NCBI GenBank assembly: GCA_965199855.1
Contig: OZ241326.1
Coordinates: 2,979,535-3,043,534 of the forward strand
Length of the DNA: 64,000 bases
Direction of reading: 5' to 3'
Origin: a bacterium
Lineage (GTDB): Bacteria; UBA8248
Shown: positions 56,406-64,000 of the stretch, in pieces
Layout of the letters: the number at the start of each line of letters is the position of its first letter
How positions within the stretch are numbered: position 1 is the stretch's first letter
Made by a program: the position numbers and the translations under genes
The notes under the pieces: model-generated
Databases searched by the model: none
Told to the model about the DNA's origin: nothing
The model's input: the letters and a program-made list of their open reading frames with translations, nothing else

Positions 56406-57727
56406 GGCGATTTCTTCTCTTTCGCTTTTTCCGTCTCCCGCGCCCCGGGCGAGGGGGCCGGGGCGAGCGTCCCGCCCGCCTTCTCGATCATCGTCTCCAG
56501 CCGGGACGCCAGGGCGTAGCGCTCCTCGGGCGCGCCCGCGAAAAGAGGATACCAGGGATGCCCGGAGCGCATTTCCTCCAGAAACCGCAGCGCCTCGCCC
56601 CGCGCCCGGAACCCGGGCGCCCCGGAGGCGTCCGCCCAGTCCCCATGGCAGGCCGCGCACTGCGCCCTGAAGACGAACGCGCCCAGCCGCTCCTCTTCCG
56701 GCGGGGGGCGCCCCGGATTCTCGAAGCGCCACAAGCCCGACCGGCTGATGGCCTCGGCTTCCCGGATGACGACGCCGTTTCGATACATGTGCCCGTGAAT
56801 CCAGAAGCTCCCCCGCGCCTCCTCGAGAATCCACCCGAGCGCCGCCATCAGGAGGACGGCCAGCGCGCAGGCGGCGAAGGCGAAGGGACGCTGCTCCCCC
56901 TCGGGGCGGCGAACGCCCCGAAAATAGCCGAGCGCGCCCAGCGCCGCCGCCAGCGCGACCGCCGCGCTCATCAGGCGGAGCGAGAGCCCCCCCGCGGCCT
57001 CCTCCGGCAGGCGCGCGCCCCACCAGAGCAGCGCGGGAACGCCCAGGGCGGACGCCGCCGCCATCCACCCGCCCAGCCGATGCGTCAGGGCGGCGCGCCA
57101 CGCGCCGTCCCTTCGCGCTGCCGCGTAGATCCAGCCGAGGGCGCCGAACGCCAGAAGCGAGGCGGCCGCCCACGCCGCGAACGTCGGGAGAAAGGTGGGG
57201 TTCCAGAAGGCGCTCCAGAGGCCGGACTGCGCCGTCCACGCCCCCGGGCGCGACGCGAAGGCGCGAATCGAAGCCAGGGGGAGGGCGGCGAGCCAGAAGC
57301 AGCTCGCGGCCAGGACGCCGCACGTGAAATGGCTCGGGTCCTCGCGGCGTCCCGCCGCCCAGGAGTCGCCGTAGAGACGCAGGAAGCAGAAGCCCAGGAA
57401 GAAGACCGACAGCCCCAGCAGGGCGGGGACGATGAAAATCGCGTGGAGCTGCTCCATCATGCGCGGCTGCCGCGCCATCGCCAGCAGCCAGAGCGCCCCC
57501 CCCGCGGGGCAGACCCCCCACGCGGCCGCGGCGCGGACGAGCCCCGCGCACCGCCGGGCGAGGGCGTCCCATCGCGGATCCATGCTTTCGCGCCCATAAG
57601 ATTCCGCGGCGAGCATGAAAAGAGAGCCGCCGATGACGCACGCGGCCGCCGCGGCGAAGGAGAGGGCGAGGCCCGCCGCCAGGAGGTGATCGACCAGCGA
57701 GAGCGGCTCCTGGAAGGGAAGCGACAA
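56402..57727 (-). CDS. Divergent cytochrome bd subunit I-like membrane protein fused to a c-type cytochrome
   Basis: GGSLF, PGAW....LWSAFWNPTFLP, EEARGSFWIHGHMYRNG, C-terminal CAACH. Confidence 0.6.
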   Translation of the reverse strand: MSLPFQEPLSLVDHLLAAGLALSFAAAAACVIGGSLFMLAAESYGRESMDPRWDALARRCAGLVRAAAAWGVCPAGGALWLLAMARQPRMMEQLHAIFIVPALLGLSVFFLGFCFLRLYGDSWAAGRREDPSHFTCGVLAASCFWLAALPLASIRAFASRPGAWTAQSGLWSAFWNPTFLPTFAAWAAASLLAFGALGWIYAAARRDGAWRAALTHRLGGWMAAASALGVPALLWWGARLPEEAAGGLSLRLMSAAVALAAALGALGYFRGVRRPEGEQRPFAFAACALAVLLMAALGWILEEARGSFWIHGHMYRNGVVIREAEAISRSGLWRFENPGRPPPEEERLGAFVFRAQCAACHGDWADASGAPGFRARGEALRFLEEMRSGHPWYPLFAGAPEERYALASRLETMIEKAGGTLAPAPSPGARETEKAKEKKSP

Positions 57728-57795
57728 TGGAGTTTCCTAGCCCGCCGCGGAAGAAGCGGCGCAAGCGAAGCGGAAGCGGGCGGCCGCGCCGGGCC

Positions 57796-58914
57796 TCATA
57801 CCTTCACCGGCCTGCGCGCGAGGCGCCTGTCGAGCTTCTCCTCGTCCAGGGAGACGCCCAGGCCGGGCTTCTGCGGAACCGCGCACCGCCCCGCGCTCAT
57901 GTCGACGGGAGAGTCCACGACGTCGTCCAGCATCTTCTCGGGGCCGACGGATTCTATCGCCGAAAGAAAGGCGTTCGAGGTCGCCGCCACGTGAATCTCG
58001 CCCAGGGTGTAGGGCGAGAGGCCGAACCCGTGCCCGATGACCAGCTTCATGCCGGCGGCCTCGGCCGTCGCCGCCATCTCCCGAACGCGGAGGGGGCCGC
58101 CCTGCTTCATGATCTTGACCTTCACGACGTCGGCCGCCTCCGCCCGGATGACGCGAAGCAGGCTCTCGGGGCCGAACACGCACTCGTCCGCCATGACGGG
58201 GATGCGGATGGCGCGGCGCACCCGGGCGAGTCCCTCCACGTCCTCCCGCGGGACGGGCTGCTCGAAATGCCGGACGTCCGCGCCCTCCACCTCGCGCGCG
58301 AGCGCCACGGCGTCCTCCACCCTGGCGTAGGATTCGTTCGCGTCGATCCGTATCTCGAAGTCCGCGCCCGCCGCCTCGCGCACGGCCAGCACGCGCGCCG
58401 CGTCCGCCGCCACGTCTCCCCCCGCCTTCACCTTGCAGGCGCGCCAGCCCCGCTCGCGGAAGCCCCGCGCCTCGCGCGCCGCCTCCTCGGGCGGCTGAAT
58501 GCCGATCCAGGCGTTGAAGCGCACCTCCTCCTTCACCGCGCCGCCCAGGAGCTCGTGCAGGGGAACGCCCAGGGACTTCGCGTGAAGATCCGCCAGGGCG
58601 AGCGACAGGGCGCCCTTCCCCCCCTCGCAGCCCTCGCAGGCCTCGTCCATCCTCGCGCTGATCTCGCGGGCGCGCCGGGGGTCCGCCCCGAGCAGGGCGG
58701 GGGCGAGCGCCGCTTCCATCGCCTCGGCCGTCTCGTCGCGCCCCAGGCCCGAATATCCCGCCACGGGCTCGACGTCGCCGATTCCCGTCCAGCCGTCGTC
58801 CGAGGTCGCGCGCGCGACGACCGCCGGCTGGACGTTGTGGTTGTGCCTCGCGTTCCGGAAGTAGCCCCGCATGGGCACGTCGACCCGGAATATCTCGATG
58901 GATTCGACCTTCAA
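57796..58914 (-). CDS. Mandelate racemase/muconate lactonizing enzyme family (enolase superfamily)
   Basis: KVK, RIDANE, FEQP, MADE, KVKIMKQGG, PGLGV. Confidence 0.88.
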   Translation of the reverse strand: MKVESIEIFRVDVPMRGYFRNARHNHNVQPAVVARATSDDGWTGIGDVEPVAGYSGLGRDETAEAMEAALAPALLGADPRRAREISARMDEACEGCEGGKGALSLALADLHAKSLGVPLHELLGGAVKEEVRFNAWIGIQPPEEAAREARGFRERGWRACKVKAGGDVAADAARVLAVREAAGADFEIRIDANESYARVEDAVALAREVEGADVRHFEQPVPREDVEGLARVRRAIRIPVMADECVFGPESLLRVIRAEAADVVKVKIMKQGGPLRVREMAATAEAAGMKLVIGHGFGLSPYTLGEIHVAATSNAFLSAIESVGPEKMLDDVVDSPVDMSAGRCAVPQKPGLGVSLDEEKLDRRLARRPVKV

Positions 58915-59006
58915 GGCGCATCCTCCCTCCGTTCGCGCCTGCGCGTCAGAGCCTCAGGCCCGCCCAAAATCCATTCCGCCGCCAGCGCGGCCTCGCGCAC
59001 GCCCTC

Positions 59007-62000
59007 TCACAGAGTATCATCTACGGGCAGGGAAACATCGACGTCCGGGCGCAAAAAAGAAAACACCAGCTCCTTGACCTCGAGACCGGTCGCCGCCTTC
59101 AGCCCCATGGCGTAGGCGCGGCCCTGGTTCGCGTAAAAGTCGGCGCGCGCCCGCGCCTCGCCCGCCTTGATGGCGTCGGTCTTGAAGTCCACGACCACCA
59201 GCTTGCCCGCCTCCTCGAACGCGAGATCGACGTATCCCCGGATGAGCCTCCCCTCCCGCTCGAACACGAGGGGGAGCTCCCGCCAGCGCCGGGACGCCTC
59301 CGCCGCGCGCGCGAGGACGCCCTCCTCCGTCGAGACGCGAATCAGCCTCAGCGCGAGCGCGGCTTCCGCCTCGTCCAGGCCGAGCGCGCGGGCGCGGGCG
59401 CGCGCCTCCCCGCGCAAGGCGTCCAGACGCGAGGCTTCGGGCGGCTCCAGACGCGCGAGAATCGCATGGGTCAGCTCCCCGAACGCCAGCCCGTCCGCGT
59501 GCGCCTCCCGGCCGGCGGGTTCGCCTTCTTCGGAATCAATCCATGACGCCCCGGACGCCGCCGCGTCAAGCTCGCCCCCCTCGACGAGGCGGCTGGGCGC
59601 CAGGGGCGACGGCGATGCGACAGGCTCCTTCAGGCGCATCAGCTCCTTCTCCCGCATGGCGCGCTCTTCGGGAACGCGCGCGGCGCCTCCCTCCTTCGGA
59701 CGAAACGCCTCCTCCGGCAGGCGGAAGATGGAGTCGGACGCCGCCCGCGCCTCGGGCGAGACCTTCAGGACGCAGGCCGCCTCCCGAATCGCCTCCATCT
59801 CCTCCTCTCCCGCGCCCGCCTTCTCCATGACCGCGCGGAAGCTCTCCATCGGCCAGAGCAGACAATCCCGCGCCCTCGTCGCGGCGACGTACAGGAGACG
59901 CTTGCGCTCCGCGTCCTGAAACCGCATCTCCCGCTCAAGCGCGTCCGCGTATCCGGCGGATTCCAGCCGCCGGGGCCCCGCGCCCAGACGCAACTCGACC
60001 GCATCCTTCCGGCGATCCGAGAGCCAGGGCTTCTGCCGCCCGTCGGGCCGTCCGCTCACGTCCGCCAGGGCGACCACGGGAAACTCCAGCCCCTTCGCCT
60101 GGTGAACCGTCATGAAGCGAACCGCCCGCGCCCCGCCGCCAAGAAGCGCCTCGGGCTCGTTCGCCTCTTCGCCCAGCGCCTCCTGCGCCTCCAGATGCGC
60201 GGCGAACGCATCCGCGCCCCGCCGCCCGTCCTGGGTGAACTCATGCGCCATGTCGAGAAGCTTCAGAAGGTTGGCGACGCGCTGCTCGCCGCCGGAGGAC
60301 GCCAGGAACAGCTCGAACGCCCCCGCGCGGCGATAAATCTCCTCCAGAAGCGCGCGCGCGCTCAGTTCCTTTTTCTTCTCGTGGAGGGCGTGAATCTCGC
60401 GAACCGCCTCCTCCAGCTCCTCCGGCGCGTCGGCGGCCTCCAGGAAATGGCGGGCGAGATCCTCATCCGAGAAGCCGTAGAGGGGAGAGCGCAGGGCGGC
60501 GGCCAGCGCGAGGGGGTCGCCCGGCCGCAGCGCGGCCGAGAGGACGGCGATGGCCGCGCCGACCTCGAACTTCTGGTAGAACCCGCGCCCGCCGTCCGAG
60601 ACGAAGGGGACGCCCGCCTCCCGGAAGGCCTCCTCGAACCGGGGATACCCCGTGCGCGTCCGGAAGAGGACGGCCATGTCCCCGCACTCGATCGGCCGGC
60701 GCGAGCCTCCCTCCTTCTCTATCCCGCGTTTCTCCTCCACCAGACGCCGAACGGCGGCGGCGAGGAGGGCGGCTTCCCTCCCGCGCCTCTCGTCCTCGCT
60801 GCTCCCGCTTTCGGCGTCCTCCTCTGGCGCCGCGTCTTCTATCAGGAAAACGCAAGGCCCCGAGGATTCGCGGCTCGCCTTCAAGCAGACGTATTCGGAC
60901 TGGACGCCGGAGTCCTCTTCATCCGGGACGATGATTTTCCCGAACGCCCGGTTCACGAAGTCGATCACGCCGGGGACGCTGCGGAAGTTCCGCCGGATGT
61001 GCAGAATGCGGCTGGCCAGCCCGGGCGGCTTCGGGAGGCCGCCGATCATCTTCTTCGCCTCGTCGTACATGGCGATGTCCGCCCGGCGAAACCGGTAGAT
61101 GGACTGCTTGGGGTCGCCCACCAGAAACAGGTTCGCCCGCTCCATGCGCGCCTCGCGCCAATCGCCCGCGCCGTCCTCAACCTCTCCGGCGAGCAGGAAG
61201 ACCAGCTCCACCTGCAGGGGGTCGGTATCCTGAAACTCATCGACCAGAAAATGCCTGACGCTTCTCCTGATTCTCTCGCGCGCGGCGGGGCGCTCCCGAA
61301 CGAGCCGCGCCGCCAGAAAGAGGATGTCCTGGTAGGACAGAAGCCCCGCCTCGCGCGCCTCGCGCTCGAAGGATTCGACGAAGCTCCCGACGAGCGAAAC
61401 GACGCCGCCCAGCAGCCCGGCGCCGATGAGCGCCGCGCTTTCTTCCAGAAACCGATCATGGCGCGCGCGAAATGCGACGAGGCCCGATTTCCCGGTTTCC
61501 TCATCGATCGTCCAGTTCTTCAAGGAACCCATCCGCTTGTTCAGTCTGAAGCCCGGACGCCAGAGCTCGCGGAGCAATTCCACGGGCGAGAGCCCGGCGA
61601 GGTCCGCCAGCCAGCGCTTCGCTTCGCCCACCTCCTGAAGCGCCTTGTCCGTCGAATCCGTACAATGCGCCGCCGCGAACTCCGCCCAGGCGGAATGCTT
61701 CTCTCGAATCGCCGCGCGCATCTCATCGGGAGAGAGCCCCCGGGAGCGGGGAAAGGATTCGCGGAATTCCGGCAGCGCGAGCATGGCGTCGCGGATTTCC
61801 GTCAGATGCCTGGTCGAGAAGCCGAGAGAGAGAAAATCGCGCAGATGGGGATCGTCCCCCTCCAGCGCCCGAACCAGCCAGCCGCGCCACGCGGCGCCGA
61901 GGCGCGCCTCGCATTCGATCTCGTTCACGTCCGTCAGGTCGGGAGGAAGGCCCGCCTCCACGGGAAACGCCCGCAGAAGGCTCAGGGCGAAACCGTGGAT

Positions 62001-62315
62001 GGTGGAGATTCGCGCGGATTCGAGGTTCTCCAGCGCGTCCTCCAGCCGCGTTCGCGCCTCACCTTCTTTCGCGTCCCGCGCCGCCGCCAGCAGGCGCGCG
62101 CGAATCCGCGCCCTGAGCTCGAGAGCCGCCTTTCTCGTGAAGGTGATGGCGGCGATCTCGCCGACCGGGACGCCCTCCTCCCAAATCAGACGCAGCAACC
62201 TCTCCACGAGGAGGGTCGTCTTGCCCGTACCCGCGCCCGCCTCGACCAGGAGGGGGCCATCCATCCACCTCGCCGCCAGCTCCCTTTCGCGCTGATCGTC
62301 CGGCGGCGCGCTCAT
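59007..62315 (-). CDS. addA: ATP-dependent helicase/nuclease subunit A (UvrD-like + PD-(D/E)XK)
   Basis: AGAGTGKT, ITFTRKAA, STIHGF, VDEFQDT, VGDPKQSIYRFR, TVHQAKGLEF, LYVAATRA, G.VDL....VVDFKT. Confidence 0.88.
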   Translation of the reverse strand: MSAPPDDQRERELAARWMDGPLLVEAGAGTGKTTLLVERLLRLIWEEGVPVGEIAAITFTRKAALELRARIRARLLAAARDAKEGEARTRLEDALENLESARISTIHGFALSLLRAFPVEAGLPPDLTDVNEIECEARLGAAWRGWLVRALEGDDPHLRDFLSLGFSTRHLTEIRDAMLALPEFRESFPRSRGLSPDEMRAAIREKHSAWAEFAAAHCTDSTDKALQEVGEAKRWLADLAGLSPVELLRELWRPGFRLNKRMGSLKNWTIDEETGKSGLVAFRARHDRFLEESAALIGAGLLGGVVSLVGSFVESFEREAREAGLLSYQDILFLAARLVRERPAARERIRRSVRHFLVDEFQDTDPLQVELVFLLAGEVEDGAGDWREARMERANLFLVGDPKQSIYRFRRADIAMYDEAKKMIGGLPKPPGLASRILHIRRNFRSVPGVIDFVNRAFGKIIVPDEEDSGVQSEYVCLKASRESSGPCVFLIEDAAPEEDAESGSSEDERRGREAALLAAAVRRLVEEKRGIEKEGGSRRPIECGDMAVLFRTRTGYPRFEEAFREAGVPFVSDGGRGFYQKFEVGAAIAVLSAALRPGDPLALAAALRSPLYGFSDEDLARHFLEAADAPEELEEAVREIHALHEKKKELSARALLEEIYRRAGAFELFLASSGGEQRVANLLKLLDMAHEFTQDGRRGADAFAAHLEAQEALGEEANEPEALLGGGARAVRFMTVHQAKGLEFPVVALADVSGRPDGRQKPWLSDRRKDAVELRLGAGPRRLESAGYADALEREMRFQDAERKRLLYVAATRARDCLLWPMESFRAVMEKAGAGEEEMEAIREAACVLKVSPEARAASDSIFRLPEEAFRPKEGGAARVPEERAMREKELMRLKEPVASPSPLAPSRLVEGGELDAAASGASWIDSEEGEPAGREAHADGLAFGELTHAILARLEPPEASRLDALRGEARARARALGLDEAEAALALRLIRVSTEEGVLARAAEASRRWRELPLVFEREGRLIRGYVDLAFEEAGKLVVVDFKTDAIKAGEARARADFYANQGRAYAMGLKAATGLEVKELVFSFLRPDVDVSLPVDDTL

Positions 62316-64000
62316 ACGGTTTTCTCTCTCAGTTCGTGAAGCTCGACCCGCGCCGCCGCCTCTTCTTTTCTCCGCGCGCGCTCCGCCCGGTCGGGCCCGC
62401 AAAGGGTTCTGTAGTCGCAGTATCGGCAGGCGTCGGAGGGGGTCGGGAAAAAACGCCCCGCCTCGACGGTGGAGAGAAAATAATCCAGAAGCGCGTCCAC
62501 GTTCGCCACGTCCTCCCGGATTTCCGCGCCGGCGCGCGCGCGATAGACGACGCCGTCGTCCTCCGTGACGTAGGCGTATGCCCCGCTCATCTCGCTCCCT
62601 TCGGGCAGGGCTTCAGCCTCGCGCCTCGCGTAAAGATCGACCTGAAGGCGCGCGCCGCCGCCCAGCCTCGTTTTTGCGGCCGGCGCCTTTCCGGTCTTGA
62701 AATCGACGACGCGGTATTCGCCGTCCTCATGCCGCTCCAGCAAGTCTATCCGTCCGCTCAGGAGGAGTTCGCCTTCCTCCAGCGGGATTCGCAAAGGCGC
62801 CGAACCCCCGCCGCCGAACCACTCCTCCAGCCGCACCGGACGCCAGGCCGAGCCGTCCTCGCGCTTCTCCTCCACATACCGCCACAGACGGAGGAGGAGG
62901 GCGTCCTCCAGAATCCCCCAGGGCAGGGCGGGCAGGGGCGGGGCTTCCGCGTCCTTCCACGCCTCGCGCATCGCCTCCTGAACGGCGCGGCGCAGGGCGG
63001 CGCGAAGGCTCGCCTCGTCTTCCAGATCGAGCGGGCGATCAGCATCCGGCAGGAGCCGCCGATGGAACGCCTCCAGCGCCCCGTGCGTCAGCCGCCCCCA
63101 GAGCAGGCCGTCCGCGGCGAAGGGCGGCTCGGGCTCCGGCCGCTTCTCCATCCCGGGATAGAGCCGCTCGTTGACGAAGCGGTAGGGACATCCGAAGAAC
63201 GTCTCCACCCGGGTAACGCCTATCGGACGGGCGGGCGGAAGAGCCTTCTTCCGAACGAGCTCCCGCAAGGCGGGGTCGGAGAACGCCCCGTCGTGCGCCG
63301 TCAGGGCGCCCCGCCTCCATCGCTCGTTCAGGGCGCCGCGCCTGCGGGCGAAGCCGGGCGAGGCGTCCAGCCAGGAGAGGGCGCCCGCCTCGGGGCTTTC
63401 CTCCTCGATCTGCTCCAGAATGCGCGCGAGGTCCCATTCGAGCGCGTGGACGGGACGCTCCGCCATGTCCTCTCGGCTCAGGACGGCGGGGGCGGCGCGG
63501 AAGCCCGGCAGCCGCGTGAACAGATTCGAGTCGCCCTCCTCCCCGTGCGCCTTCGCCAGCGCGTCCAGGAACGCGCTCGGAAACGAGCCCGACTCCCGGC
63601 CCGCCTCGCCCTCCGCCTCCGGCGCCGTGAGGATCAGGCGCCTGCGGACGGACTGCAGAATCGTCCAGAGCTGAAAGCGCGCCTCGCGCTCCCTGGATTT
63701 CTTGAGCGGGAGCTCCGCGCCCCCGTCGGGCAGCGCCTTCCGCGCCGCCCGGTTCACCTCCTCGCGCAGGGCGTCGGGCAGAAGGGGGTTCTCCTCGCCC
63801 CGGGGCGGAAACAGGCCCTCCGCCGCGCCGACGAGCGCCACGACGTCGAAGGAAAGCCCGCGCGCGCCCTGGATGGAGGAGAGGCTCGCCAGAAGCTCCT
63901 CCCCCCCTTCCCTCAAGCCGCCCGTCTCCAGGAGCCGCTCGCACAGCCCGCGAAATTCCTCAAGGCTCACCCTGCCGAAAATCCCGTCCAGCTCCGGGAG
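62312..64000 (-). CDS. addB: Helicase/nuclease subunit B (PD-(D/E)XK, Fe-S staple), 5' end outside window
   Basis: FFGCPY, G...H..LE, GRIDL....VVDFKTG, Q...Y, C-terminal CRYCDY..LC; stop overlaps the addA start. Confidence 0.82.
   Translation of the reverse strand, partial: LPELDGIFGRVSLEEFRGLCERLLETGGLREGGEELLASLSSIQGARGLSFDVVALVGAAEGLFPPRGEENPLLPDALREEVNRAARKALPDGGAELPLKKSREREARFQLWTILQSVRRRLILTAPEAEGEAGRESGSFPSAFLDALAKAHGEEGDSNLFTRLPGFRAAPAVLSREDMAERPVHALEWDLARILEQIEEESPEAGALSWLDASPGFARRRGALNERWRRGALTAHDGAFSDPALRELVRKKALPPARPIGVTRVETFFGCPYRFVNERLYPGMEKRPEPEPPFAADGLLWGRLTHGALEAFHRRLLPDADRPLDLEDEASLRAALRRAVQEAMREAWKDAEAPPLPALPWGILEDALLLRLWRYVEEKREDGSAWRPVRLEEWFGGGGSAPLRIPLEEGELLLSGRIDLLERHEDGEYRVVDFKTGKAPAAKTRLGGGARLQVDLYARREAEALPEGSEMSGAYAYVTEDDGVVYRARAGAEIREDVANVDALLDYFLSTVEAGRFFPTPSDACRYCDYRTLCGPDRAERARRKEEAAARVELHELREKTV

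Overview
A very GC-rich bacterial chromosome segment. Its gene mix (LLM/F420 oxidoreductases, repeated CoA-transferase/ACAD/MaoC modules, ankyrin protein, bd-like cytochrome, selenoproteins) is reminiscent of Nitrospinota/Tectomicrobia-like marine or sponge-associated bacteria, but this is inference only. Housekeeping genes include thiI, msrA, selD, comM/yifB, rph, rdgB, moaA, two moeA, tatA, rpmG, rpmB, addAB, a four-tRNA operon and a CDP-sugar/glycosyltransferase cluster. Main points not visible in the ORF track: (1) two genes read through an in-frame UGA followed by a SECIS-like hairpin, namely SelD (GG-U-GSK) and an AhpD/CMD-like protein (CxxU); (2) lower-GC accessory inserts with defence character: a Dam-type adenine MTase coupled to a HaeIII-family endonuclease (an apparent specificity mismatch), a TIR protein with an unnamed C-terminal domain and an antitoxin-like N-terminal stub, an atypical UDG-fold protein, and a NYN nuclease between two moeA genes; (3) a cytochrome-bd-like/cytochrome c gene pair that appears to have lost several heme ligands; (4) several frameshifted or remnant genes. 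No CRISPR array, rRNA, integrase or transposase was seen. All family assignments come from motif recognition by eye; no database searches were run.
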